Below are positions 12,120 to 25,393 of a stretch of DNA of 64,000 nt, piece after piece. Below the pieces are notes generated by a model, which did not search any database, had not been told where the DNA came from, and was given only the letters and a program-made list of their open reading frames with translations. The position numbers were made by a program, and so were the translations under genes. Each line of letters opens with the position of its first letter. Position 1 is the first letter of the stretch. Location: contig JASCQW010000190.1 in assembly GCA_030264375.1 (NCBI GenBank), positions 70,199,753 through 70,263,752 of the forward strand, given 5' to 3'. The DNA is from Carcharhinus longimanus. Lineage: Eukaryota.

Positions 12120-13850
12120 ATATAAGAACATAAGAAGTAGGAGCAGGAGTAGGCCATCTAGCCCTTCGAGCCTGCCCCGCCATTCAGTANNNNNNNNNNN
12201 NNNNNNNNNNNNNNNNNNNNNNNNNNNNNNNNNNNNNNNNNNNNNNNNNNNNNNNNNNNNNNNNNNNNNNNNNNNNNNNNNNNNNNNNNCCAATCTGCGC
12301 CCCCAATCTACATTTGCCAATTCCTCTCTCATCCTATTGTACTCCCCTCTGTTCAAACAGAGGACATAGGTCCGGGACCCTACTTTCTCATCCTCCATCT
12401 GCATCAAAAACTCAACCATACAATGGTCGCTCGTCCCAAATTTGGCAAATACATTCAGAATATAGAAAAAAAAATGCACGAGTCGGCTATTCAGCCTATC
12501 GATTCTTCTCCATTTCAACAGCTCATGGCTAATCATCTATCTCTCTGCCATTTTCCCCACTATCCCCTTATCCCTTGATGTCATTGGGATCCTGAAATCT
12601 ATCAACTTCTTCCTTGAACATACTCAGTTATTGAGCTTCCACAGCCCTTAGGAAGCCCTTAGCTTCCATAGCCTTTGGAATTCCAAAGATTCACCACCAC
12701 CTATGTGAAAAAATTCCATCTCATCTCAATCTTAAAAGGCCTACCCATGATCCTTGGGCTCTGTCTCCTGGTTATAGACACATCAGCCAGTGGAAACATC
12801 CTACACATAAGTATCCTGTCACAGCTTCTAAGAATTTTGTAAGTTTCAATGAGATCACCTCTCATTCTTTAAAACTTTAGATAATAGAGGCCCAGTTTCC
12901 TCAATTTTTCCTCATACGACAATCCCACTATTCCAGGGATTAATCTGATGAGCCTCCATTGCACTTTCTCTTTCAGGTACATCTGTCCTTGGATAAGTCT
13001 CACCAAGGCTGTGTACAATTGCATCAAGCGTCTTTACTCCTGTACTCAATTCCCTTATGATGAAGACCAACATACTATTTGCATTCTGAATACTTGCTGC
13101 ACTTGCATGATGGTCTTTCATGACTTGTGTACATGGACACTCGGGTCTCTTTGGATATCAACCCTTGATCTTAACACTGTAAGAAATACTCTGCCGTCCT
13201 GTTCTTTTCTATCAAAATTGATAACTTGACACTTATTCACATTATCTTCTATCTCTATGTTTTTGTCCATTCACTTAGTCTTTCCAAATTCCTTTGAAAT
13301 GCCCTTGTATTCTACTCACAATTCATATTCCCACTTGTTTTTGTGTCATTAGCAAATTCGGAAATATTATATTTGGTCCCCACATATAAATGATTTATAT
13401 AGATTGTGGACAGCTGTGGCCCAAGCGCTAATCCTACTCACAGCCTGGCATCCTGAAAATCACCCATTCATTCTTGCTCTGTTTTCTGTTTGTTCATCAA
13501 TTCTTAAATCCAGCATATTCACTTAAAGAACAAAGAAAATCGCAGCACAGGAACAGGCCCTTTGGCCCTCCAAGCCTGCACTGACCATGCTGCTGAAGCT
13601 CCTACTGAACTAAAACTCCCTATCCTTCCGGGGACCATATCCCTTCATTCCCATCGTATTCATGTATTTGGGCTCTAATTTTGTTTACTGATCTCCTGTG
13701 TGGAACTTTATCAAAAGCCTTCTGAAAATCCAAGTATACCGCATCCACTTGTTCTCCTTTAACCTTGTTACAAATAACATTCTCAAAAAACTGCCAACAG
13801 GTTTGTCAAACACAATTTCCCTTTTATACATCTATGTGGGCTGTGTCAAA
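12120..13850 (-). mobile_element. CR1 cluster: young element across the gap 12190-12289, an older element at about 12455-13850, and a nested 3' end at about 13525-13670
   Basis: SDHCMVEF (endonuclease C-terminal SDH) frame right of the gap; degenerate RT (tcaaaagccttctgaaaatcc = DFQKAFD) near 13710. Confidence 0.85.
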
Positions 13851-14639
13851 TCGTATAATTCTAACTGTCTACATGCAATTTTCCTCAAGTGACTGTTGGG
13901 AAATCCAGTTAAGTACTGGCTCTGCAAATCTGCTAAGATTAATTTGTGCTTTGTGCATGACCATAGTAAAAAATGAAAAGGACTTCCAAAACCATGGAAG
14001 CTTGTGGAAGTTGTGGTTAGTTGAGTATTTTCTTTCAGACTCATCTTTCTAAAGTATCCTGGCAGCATTTAAAATGAGAGAATCAATTGCCTCAAACTAT
14101 CTTGTAATGCAGCACTGACTTGTGCATCAGTTTTTGTAACTCATTTATTTATATTTTGTTAAATCTTGGAGCCACTTCCCCAGCAGGATCATTTGGATTG
14201 GGAAGAAAGTTCATTGCTTGATCCATATTAATATGCAGCCAGTGTAATTTAGCTCTTCAAGTATTGACTTTACTTCCAAAACACCCTTTGCATTCAAAAG
14301 GGCATCCTGTCGATTTGGATGGAACGTGCTGGTTGTAAACACTCTCATTCAAAGATTTTAACTTGCACACTTTAAAGTGATTCCATAGTTTTGCTCTCTG
14401 AAACTTTTAGCAATGCTTCTAGTAAGGCACTTTAATGAAGACTTTCACACATCCTGTTTTAATTATGAAGAAATAGTTGCAAGTATTTAGAGCACAGAAG
14501 TTCATCCCAGCAGGCTCAAGCTAGTGTTGAGAGCCTCCTTTCATCTTTCTTCATTTGATCCAGCAACATAACTTTCCATTCATTTCTCCCTCTTGTGCAA
14601 ATTATTGACCTGGTTTTGAAATTGACTGAGCTCCAGGAG

Positions 14640-15250
14640 ACAGATGTCCTGCAAGGATACGTTTTGAGGCCTCAGCTATTCATTGTACTCATTAACAACC
14701 AGGCTAATGGGATAGAAAGCCACCTATCCAAATTTGCTGCTGAAACAAAGATTTTGATAGATTAAGTCAAAGGGAAAAAAAACTGCTGCCGATGGATTAC
14801 AATGAAGGCAAACGTGAGCTCATTGTCTTTGGACCTATGAATGATCAAACAGGATATTTTCTAAATGTGAAAAGCTAATAACTGTGGAAATCCAAAGAAA
14901 CTTGGAGATGCTGGTGCATCATTAAAATATGATGAAAGTCACAAGGAATAATAAAATAGGTTAATGGAATGCTGGCCTTTCTAACTGAGGATTGGAATAT
15001 AAGGAGGTCGTGCATCAGCTACACAAAACCCTCGTTAGACAACATCTGGAGTATTGTGAACAGTTCTGAATATGACATCCCAGAAAATATGTCTGGATTT
15101 TGGAGGGAGAGCAGCATAGATTTACCAGAATTTATACCTGGCCTCTACAGATTAAATTATAAAACCCAATTGCACAAATTAGAGCTGTATTCCCTGGAGT
15201 ACAGAAGGTTGAGAGATGATTTGATCAAAGTTATCAAGACATTAAGGGGA
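14640..15250 (+). mobile_element. CR1 LINE ORF2 remnant
   Basis: SKFAxxTK and LELYSLEYRRLRDDLIKV motifs with frameshifts. Confidence 0.8.
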
Positions 15251-16319
15251 CTCCTGAGTCCAAATTGTTAATGTAAAGAGTGAACAAAAACAATTTCAGC
15301 ACCAATCCTGACAGAAAATCACTTTGCACCATTTGTAATTCTGAATAACTACATTTGAATCCCTATTCTCTGTATTGTTTCAACCTGGATTCCATCATCC
15401 TCACCCCCACCACAAACCTTTCTGCCTATCTGTCCTCCAAGTCACTTCTTAAAACCTACTTCTCTGACCAAACTTTAGGCCACCTATCATATTTGTTTAC
15501 ATGTTTTGCTATCAAACATTGTCTAATGATACTCCCGTAAAAATTCTTAGGATAGTTTACTCAAAAGATGCCATATAAAGGCAAGTTGTAATCCGTGCAG
15601 AATATTAGATAACCAACAATGATCAGGTCATTTTGTGGTTTCCCCTGTTGCACATTGCATCCCTGCATAGCGAGTGTGGGAGGGTTCTACAATCTCTGCC
15701 GTGTTTATTACATGCCTGCAAAGGTTTTGGCACCTAGTCAATATATTTATGGTGTTTTGAGAACAAAGACAGGAGTAATCACACTTGTGTAGTAGTTGAA
15801 AAACATACATAGTATTGCAAATTATAAATTGCACAGGCGAATCAGTGGCCAAACCAGTTTCAGCTACAGAGGAGTTACACTCAGCATGACATTGAGTCCA
15901 AGCAGTTGTAAATAAACTCCTTGATGGGTTGCACCTTAGTTAATTTGGAAATCTGTTCAGGACTTCATTCACCGCTTTTATGGCCACTTTCCCATCTCTG
16001 AAAAATTCACTTTTGTCAGTGACAGTACACCTGAAGCTTTAGCCTTGCACGACAGCAATGTAGTTTTGTCACTTTCTTCCTTATCCTCCAACCACCACTG
16101 ATGTGTGAAAAGAAAATATGCAGTACAGCATGGAATATGTCAGAAAATACTGGAAATATGTACCAGTGGGGTCAGAACTGGCAGGTATTGAGACATGTCT
16201 ACAGAATTGTTGGGATGTAATGTTTATGTTATTTGGAGCAATTGTTTGTTTGTTAATTGAACATTCATCTTTGAACTGCCAGTTATTTTGAAAATATTTT
16301 ACCAGATAATGTTCTGTTG

Positions 16320-16830
16320 TTCAGGTATTTAAAATGATAAATGGGTACACAGAGAAACTGTTACCTTGAGTGAGGAGAATCCAGAGTAAAAGGGCATAAA
16401 ATCAGGGATCTCCCACTTAAGGATCATTGGTGTTTGAAATTCTCTTCCCTGGTGAGCCATGAACTGGGTCATTGAATGTATTCAAGAAGGAATTGGATTG
16501 ATTTTTGACTGACAAAAGAGTCAAAGGTAATGCAGTGTTGGCAGAAAAGTGGAGTTAAGACCGCAATCTCCTCAGACATGATCATATTGAATGTAGGAGC
16601 AGGCTTGAGGGACTAAATGGCCTACTCCTGTTCCTATTTCTTACATACTTATGTAACCTTAAGGTTTAGAAGAACAAAATGAGGAAGCACTTTTGCCACC
16701 CAAATTGTAATGGTGATTTGGAATTCTGTCCCATAAAAGACTGATACTGGACTGGTTAAAATTTCCAGGACTGAGATTGCTAGGTTTTTATTGGCAAGGG
16801 AAGTCGAGGGATTGTGAAGCAAAGGTCTAC
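16320..16830 (+). mobile_element. CR1 3' fragments
   Basis: ggagcaggcttgagggactaaatggcctactcctgttcctatttctt tail at about 16595-16655. Confidence 0.7.
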
Positions 16831-16975
16831 TCCTGTACCTTTATTTAATCAGTTAGAGATTCTTGCACATAGTTAATTAACCCAGATATTTATGAATTTA
16901 GTATGCCTGGATGCTTTGAATTTCCATTTTTTAGCAACATGATAACTTATTGTCTCTGCATGTTTCTTTAATCAG

Positions 16976-17057
16976 GTCTTTTTAGTTAGAAAAGCAGTTG
17001 GTCCTGATGCTGGACAGTTGTATGCAATGAAAGTACTCAAGAAAGCTACTTTGAAAG
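16976..17057 (+). CDS. RPS6KA6: RSK4 exon (82 bp): [27 protein letters not shown](V), contains the catalytic Lys; GC donor
   Basis: atcag| acceptor. Donor is AAG|GCAAGT. The terminal G joins TA of the next exon to give Val. Confidence 0.95.
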
Positions 17058-17379
17058 GCAAGTCTGAATCTCCTTACAAATTTTGCTTTTGAATAGTTAA
17101 TCGTCTGCCGTGTGAAAGAGGAATAAGGAACAAAATTAAACAGTTCACGTTTTTACAACACCGTAGCAAAATTGAATCTTAAATGAGAAACAAAATACTG
17201 GAGGAAGAGAAAACAGAATTTGCAATTTCTGATGAATGGTTATTGACCTGAAGCATTAACTGTTTCTCTCCCCATTGATGTTACTGTTCTGCTGGGTATT
17301 TCCAGCCTTTTCTATTTTTGTTTAACCATTTTTACAATGTTGATGGATTTTAATAGTAAATAAATGGGTCTTAACATTG

Positions 17380-17650
17380 GCAAGTGGTTAGCACGCTGCC
17401 TCTTAGCACCAGGGATCAGGGTTTGATTCCTGGCTAGGGTCACTGTTTGTGTGGAGTCTGTACATTCTCTTTATCTGCATGGGCTTCCTGAGGATGCTCT
17501 GGTTTCCTCCCATAGTGCTGGTTAGGTGCATTGACCATGCTAAATTCTCCCTCAGTGTACCCAAACGGGTGCTGGAGTGCGGTGACTAGGGGATTTTCAC
17601 AGTAACTTCATTGCAGTGTTAATGTAAGCCAATTTGTGACATAATAAATT
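17380..17650 (+). mobile_element. V-SINE (tRNA head plus V-domain) with a different 3' tail
   Basis: gtggttagcac...gggtttgattcc...gatgctctggtttcctccca. Confidence 0.75.
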
Positions 17651-18254
17651 AACTTTGAATTTGACCATAAAGCTTTTATAGAAAATATTAATTACCAATT
17701 TTTTTACAAATTGCTTGCTTTAAATGTTTCTAAATTTATAAAGAGATCTTCTGCCCTCAATAGGTTTAACTAGTTGGTCAATCATATAATACAAATTAAG
17801 GAGCAATGGTGCATTTTAAGTCCAAACCCTAAAGGCCCATGAAAGAAGTGAATTTTGACAGATGGTAATGGCTAGATTATTTAGCTCAACCGTCTCTAAT
17901 AAATATTTGGCACTATTGGCATTATTTCACTCAGCTTTAAATGTAATGTGTTGCAACAGTAAATACACTGTGTTAAGATTTTGAACTAGCAAGGCTTTCA
18001 GATCGTTGCTAGTAGTTTTGGAGTTTTGGCAAATATATCAACTGCTTCAAGTAGGTTGGTGAAGCACTATTTTCCTTGGGAGAACTAGAAAGCCTGATGG
18101 AACATCTGGCGGTTAGGAAAGGGAATGTTTGTTAATTACACGTTCAGTTATTTGATGTTTCTGCCTGCAACCTTTCCTCAGTTTTTCACCATGTGGATTT
18201 GTACTAACTGGGTTTTTGTGGCTAAACTGACCCAAAGGAAACCCAGGGAAGCGT

Positions 18255-18730
18255 AAAAAATAGGAGCAGGAGTTTGTCATTCAGCATTCAAGCCTGCTCT
18301 ACCATTCAATATGATCACGCCTGATCGTCTATCTTAGTGCTATATTCCTGCACTCTTCCCATACTGCTTAATGTCTTAAGAGTTTAGAAATCAATCTATT
18401 TCCTCCTTAAATATATTCAGTGATATGGCCTCCACAGCCTTCTGTGGTAGAGTGAAGAAATTTCTCTCGATCTCAGTTTGAAATGGCCCACTCCGTATCT
18501 TGAGACTGTGATCTCTTGTTCTAGACAGCCCTCCAGCCAAAGGAAACATCACCCCTGCATCCAGTCTTTGAGCTCTGTCAGAATTTTATACGTATCAATA
18601 AGATCCCCCCTTGTTCTTAGAAACGCCAGTAAACAGTTGATCCAATCTGTCCTCATACAACAATCCTGCCATCCTAGGACTCAGTCTGGTAAACCTCTGC
18701 TGCATTCCTCCCACAGCAGATATATCCTTT
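18255..18730 (-). mobile_element. CR1 LINE 3' region
   Basis: ataggagcaggag...caagcctgctctaccattcaat followed by the reverse complement of the ORF2 C-terminus. Confidence 0.8.
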
Positions 18731-19158
18731 CTTATTTACTAAAGAGTAATAACTCTGTTTCTCTTTTTGTAGATTTTGCATAACCTGTGTATTTGCAACA
18801 TTCTTCTGCATTTATTTTAGATTTCCAGCATCTGTAGTATTTTGCATTTGTTTTTTGTGCATGTTAGCATTAGATTATTATTTTCACGAAAATAATTCAG
18901 TGAGTACATTGTAACTCAGAAGGCAAAATCTAGGAGGGTCACTAAGAATTAATGTGCTAGTCTTGTTTTCCACATACTTATTAATCATGCATTTCTGAAG
19001 GATATGATTTTAGTTCTAGTTGGGAAAGGTTAGGACATTTGGCTTGGTGCAGACAGCGACAGCTGAAGAGCTGAATTGGATACTCCTTGTAAAGAGTTTT
19101 CTTTAACTATTTGATGGTTTGTATTTGTTTTCAATGATTGCACGTTTTTTCTTTTCAG

Positions 19159-19239
19159 TACGGGATCGTGTCAGAACAAAAATGGAAAGAGATATTCTAG
19201 TGGAAGTAAATCATCCGTTTATAGTTAAATTACACTATG
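19159..19239 (+). CDS. RPS6KA6: RSK4 exon (81 bp): (V)[26 protein letters not shown](A); GC donor
   Basis: ttttcttttcag| acceptor. Donor is ATG|GCAAGT. Encodes the RSK alphaC helix and is in frame with both neighbours. Confidence 0.95.
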
Positions 19240-22200
19240 GCAAGTACTAAACCCTCTCTCCTAATAAGTAACTTTTATACTTTTAGGTGGCTTTAAGTAA
19301 AGTTAATTTTATTCTGTTGCTGCATTGTATTTTGGAGATCTTATCAACAGGGTGTCGGTTCAATACTCGCATTCTCATTTAGTGTATTTTGTACTGTTAC
19401 CATCCCTGTAGAGATCGATAACTTTTAAAGAAATGGGAACTTCCAACTGAAAACTCAAAGGATGACACAAGATTTCACATTCTAAGACTCTACTGTAACA
19501 TACAGACTGAAAAAATCATTAATGGAACACTTTTGTTGTCCTCAACATGTGCTTTAAATTACAGAACAAAACTTTCCCCCTTTACTTTTAGCACAACTGA
19601 AACACCCACTTCTCAAATATTCTTTACACTGTCACTCAAACAGTCAATAGATTTTCCTGAACCAGATATGAAGTAATTAATTTCTGAGGATTTATTTCTG
19701 ATTCTTTCCTTTCCCAGCCTGGTAACTGTAAACCCCAGAACTGTCTTTCACGGTGAGGGTTTTTCCTAGAAGTTTTGTCTCTGGTGCAAGCTAGGTGAGC
19801 ATTTCCAGCCTTGTTGCAAATCCTCATGAATTTTATCTTCTCCATCTAATGTGAGTTCTTCAGCCTTGTGTCTGCACTGCAAACCATAGAGACCTTCAGT
19901 TCCTAATTGCCCCCTTTCTCCAGGATCCTAGTAGCTTGCCTGAGTTTCAAGAATTTTTTGTAGAAACCTTTCCCCTTTCAAAGCCTATCTCTTTGTCAGT
20001 ATGAATCCCATGGTCCTTGTATCCGGACAGAAATGCTGATCAGCTATTCACAAGACTTCAACTCTCTTTCATCTTGTAATTAAATGGACAGGTTAAAGAA
20101 TAACTCTTTGCAAGTCGACATTCTCAATACATTCCTTTAGCAACTAGCAGTCTGACCGTAGTAAACACAGATGTTAGTATCATTGTTTCCAAGTGTGAAC
20201 ATCTTACACCCCCTTTCCAGCAAACAACCCTGACCTCTCTTANNNNNNNNNNNNNNNNNNNNNNNNNNNNNNNNNNNNNNNNNNNNNNNNNNNNNNNNNN
20301 NNNNNNNNNNNNNNCCCATTATTCATCACAGAGAGGTGGGTCAAATTCAAAGCAAAAAAAAGGCATTCAAAAATATTGATAAATGATCTGTGCATTTTTG
20401 AGTAGGGCAGCTAACATCTAATAATATGTTACAAATAATGTAATATATAAAAGCCAGACTTGAAAAAGAAGGCCTTACACAAACATGCGCACGCACATAC
20501 ACGTTTGCTCAGTAATAGCTGCTTATTGTGGATGTGAGGACAGAATTGATTTACCTGTGCTCCTACTGTTAACTAAGAACTGAAATTTAATAGGAGTCTT
20601 GAGAAAGCAAATAATCAACAGAGGATAGGAAGCATAAAGTATGTGCATACGTACACCGTAAATATTGTGTGCTTGTCTATGTCCTTTGTCAAAAACTGAT
20701 CACAGGATGTATTCATTATCAGTCCCTAGTTACATTTTTATGCTCGACATTGCTTTCTCGCACAGTAGTGCTATTGAGGCACTATGAATATGAGAGTTAA
20801 GATGATGGAGGGAATTTTCCTGAGTTTTTTTAATTAAATATGTTAGCAGTACCAGTTTCCCATGCATTGTTGTCATATATATAGAATAATTAGAATTGAT
20901 GGACTTGAATCATTAATATTTGGCAGGAAAAAGTGTGAAAAACCTGAAATTGTTTTATATGTGAAAGAGTGTATTTGGTTAATTATTCAAGTAAATGAAT
21001 TTTTGGTTAGACTTTGATTTTAATGGAGAAAGTTCTGGCTTTGTCAGATACTTTACAGCTTCATTGTAGGTGAAACAGAAAGCGTTCTGTGTGCATAATT
21101 AATTAATTGAAGTTGATGGGGAAGAATTTCTTGGTTACCTTGTTATTTTACCCACATAACGCATTGTAAAGTGAATTTTTAAAAAACTGGAAACTGTATA
21201 TAGCGCAAATCAAGTTTCTGCTATCTTTTGCTTTAATTAAAAATCAGTAACCTAGGAACTGGCCCCATCCAGAAAAATGGACATGTTGCCAAAGCAAATT
21301 AACCACCATTTGGAATGGAATTAATTGCAATAATTTGCAGGACTTTAAGTCAGCATTAAAAACAAGTGTTTTTCGGATGCCAGGCCACTAACATGCATGT
21401 TTTTAAAGCGTTTGAATGTAATTTTTAATTTACAAAGACTGGCTACTATAACCCAATATAACTAGAGAATCATGCTGTACATTTCAGAAATTTAATTTTG
21501 GAGTAGTCAGGTGGTGAGCAAGACATTGTGATTTCAAATGGTATTTTTTTGGTGATTAAACACATTTTCAGTCCTGTTAATCAAATTGTGTGAAGTCACC
21601 ACTCTCTTAACAATGTTAAAGAATACTTTCATATAAAACAGTGCCTGATTGTGCTGATTTAAGGCAGATTTTGAGTTTGGCAATTGACAAATGAATTTGG
21701 GCGACAACTTGAGAAAAACACTTCTGGAAACTTGTGCCATTTTTCCAGTCGCACGCAAAGTGAAAACTCTGCCCAGTATTTTATTTTTTCTGATGTTGTA
21801 ATAGTTTCCACATTCATGTTCGGACTATCCTTTGTTTTTAGAGTTCTGTTTCTACTAGGATATTTGTGCTGTAAACTTGATACATGGAAGCAGATGAGTA
21901 TGAATCAGAGTATTGGGGTCAAAATGACTTGTTTAAAAAAATGTGTATAACTATCAAAGTGAGTATTTTGGGAAACTTAAACTTAAAATCTTATTTTAGG
22001 TTACTTTGTTGCTATAACCTGGATTTGATTTGCATATATGTAAGTGGGATTTGAGAGTGTAGTAGCAGCTGTTATGTTAGCATGCATGACTGAATTAATA
22101 GAAAGTTTCAAAACGTATTTATTAAAACAAGAATTAAGATTAGAATAAAAAGCCAGAAGAGCACAGCAGGTTTAATTTGTTAATGAAGGAAAGATGTAGT

Positions 22201-23539
22201 GATGTAGGTAAACGTCATTAGAATGGGGGTGGTGGAGAAATGGGATACTTTAGACCCCTTATCAACCTTTTTTTCTTTTTTACAGATATCGTCTATTTCC
22301 AGCATCCTCTGATTATGTCTGTAGATTTTTTTTTATTAGAATTTTATTTTTAAATTTAAACAAAGTCTTTAGATTATTTTCTTTCTGGCCCCTCCCTTCC
22401 CAGTTCATCTTTTCCCCGATTGGGAAGTTTGTCAAATGATCTGCACCTAGTACTCATGCTGTTAACCAAAGAAGCTTGCTTTGGAGCACATCAGCCCATA
22501 AATGTACAATGAGGCTACTGTGAACCTTTGATTTTTCTCTTTGAAACACATTCTATCAAACCATTTGCAAAGTATATTCAGTTGTAGTACATCATATTTA
22601 TTGTTAAATATTCACTCTAGAATTCTAAAATTATTCATTTGCAAAGCTGAAATGAATACCGTTATGAAATTAGCTATATAAAATTGCACATATTCTGATT
22701 GCCATGTCGTTTTCCCCAAAGTAATGGTTTAAAGTGTTACGGCATACCAGTTATACTTGATTGTAATTTTTAAAAAGGGGGCCCTAAGAGAATAGGGTAG
22801 TGTTTTCGACATGAAAATCAAAGTTGCTTCTCATTAGAAGCACTTGAACCAAGATTATAACACTTTCTTCAATTTAAGTGAACTTCCAAGCCTAATTTTA
22901 TGCTAAGTATGATGTGCAGTAAAATACTATTCAGTTAGGTCTTCTGCAGATGCACTTTTGTGACACTGATGATGCATAATAAACTGGAAATCTTAATTTT
23001 TCCCCTGAACAGTTAAGACAATATTTTACAAACTACCTGCATGCACGTGGTCTGTCATCATGGCACCAAATTTCATTCAATGCATGGTGGTTTTGGGTAT
23101 ATTTTGGCATAGAGGTATTAATGGAACTTGAATGGATCCTGACTTGATGTTAATGTAGGCAAAAACTCAGCAGAAACTTGATTTGTAATTGCTTACACTC
23201 ACACCAACTTTGTGCAAAGCCATATTTTCAGATTGATTTTTAAACTTTCCACTTGTACTTTTAAGAGAACAAATGCTTGCTCCGCTTGTCCTTATAGAGG
23301 AACTCAGAGTATGGAATTCTGGGCAAATGTCCAAACAGGCATGTGTGCCGAGTGACACTGGTTGACTTTACTGTGAATTGGATGGATGTATAGCATGACT
23401 TCTCTGCTGAAAGCAAATCATGTTTCATAATTAACAATCAGAATGAATTAGATTGAATAAAACCTGAGCTCTTGGAGACTCAGAATTTTGACCGTGTGAC
23501 AAATAGTTGATGAAACAAAATATCTGCATTCTCTCATTG

Positions 23540-23870
23540 GAAGCCCTCTTGTTTCTCGACCTGATGGTCATGGGTTCAAGCTCCGCTCTGGAGACTAGAG
23601 CACATAATTTAGGCTGATGTTTCAGTTTGGAGCTGTAGAAGGTGGAGGTGCTGTCTTGCAGTATTAATCAATGAATAGCACAGGAGTTATTTTGAGGCCC
23701 TCGCTAGCATTTTTCCTGCAAACATAATGATTAATCATCTAGTTTTTTATCTGCTTACCTTCTGTGGGGCCTAGTTGTGCACAAGTAATATGTCCATTTT
23801 CCATACACTACAGTAGTGACTGTATTTCAAATGTACTTAATCTGTAATATTTTAGGATATCTTGAGATTA
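23540..23870 (+). mobile_element. DeuSINE/SacSINE1-like SINE, degenerate
   Basis: gggttcaagctcc...gagcacataatttaggctga...gtgggg..ttgtgcacaa...cagtagtgactgtatttcaaa; related copies near 49010 and 59020. Confidence 0.6.
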
Positions 23871-24193
23871 TTCCTTTCTTTCCAAACAGTTGCAATGATG
23901 TGATTGATATAATGTAAATAAAAAATTGTCAGAATCAAAATACACTTTGTTTAATCACTCAGAATCCAATACATTTTTTCCTGTGTGCAGTAAGACCTTT
24001 TTACTCTGCTAATGAGCTCTTCTAATGAATCCATAGTTTTGCTTTTCATTTTGCATGTGTCTGAGGCTCCCAGTTCATACATTTTTGAATCCTTTTGAGA
24101 TGTAGGAACTTTTTTAAAGTCCATAAAATATATATTGTACTCAGTATATTCGGCCTATAGAAGTTTATATTTCGTTTTGAGTCTGTTGTATAA

Positions 24194-24376
<183 letters not shown>

Positions 24377-24875
24377 TAAATACAAGTTGAATAAACAAAA
24401 GGGCAAAGAAGAAAAAGATGCTGACAGTCATTGAATCTGAATTTGTTATTTGTCAGTAAAATCAGTCATCGGGGATCGAGAGTAAACCTCAAGTGCCCAA
24501 AAGGAACAGAACAGCCTTAATAGCAGGATGGATATCTGAATAAACTTGTCCTTCCTTGTTAGTCCCGATTCAAAACTGTCCCAAAAAAATTGGAATTTTT
24601 TTCCACTTTCATTTCATTATGTTTTGACTTGTTACTTCTTTCCCTACTCCCCCCAAAGTAGATGAAGTGTATTTAGACTGGTGTGGCACAACTAATAAAT
24701 TGCATATCATACAATATGATATGTAAGGCAATTTATTGATATCAGGCAGTATGCATTTAGTGAGAAAAGTGAATTTTTCTTCAAAGCCACTCTTTGTGGA
24801 AACAGATTTATAATTATATTAATGCATATATCTGCTGTCTGTGCTGAGGTCATAGAAACTGATAAAACAATGTGA

Positions 24876-24995
<120 letters not shown>

Positions 24996-25355
24996 TAAAT
25001 CTTTTATTCATTGTCTTTTGGGATTTGTACTGTATATTTTCCATTATGCATTTTTGTGTCTATTTAAACAGTAACTTTGTATTTTTCATAATTTTCTTAA
25101 ATGCAATGATTACATTGCTGATTAGAACAAGTTGAGTAATATATTAAAATATCATTTTTAGGAATTTTATACGAGTTTGAAATGCTTTTTTAAATTTGAC
25201 ATTGCAAATGTTATGTGATATAAAATCAATAGATTGTTAAACATTAAGAGTAAATGCTCAACTTTATTTGTAAATACCCTATTATTGTGATGACTTTTTT
25301 TTAGCTTGATTTAAACTTAAGTACATGTATTGGAGATTGTGAATTTTAATTTCAG

Positions 25356-25393
25356 CATTTTACTTGATGAAGGAGGACATATCAAGTTAACAG
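25356..25393 (+). CDS. RPS6KA6: RSK4 exon (38 bp): (N)ILLDEGGHIKLT(D)
   Basis: ttcag| ... CAG|gtaggt. Joins KPE-N to D-FG in frame. Confidence 0.94.
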
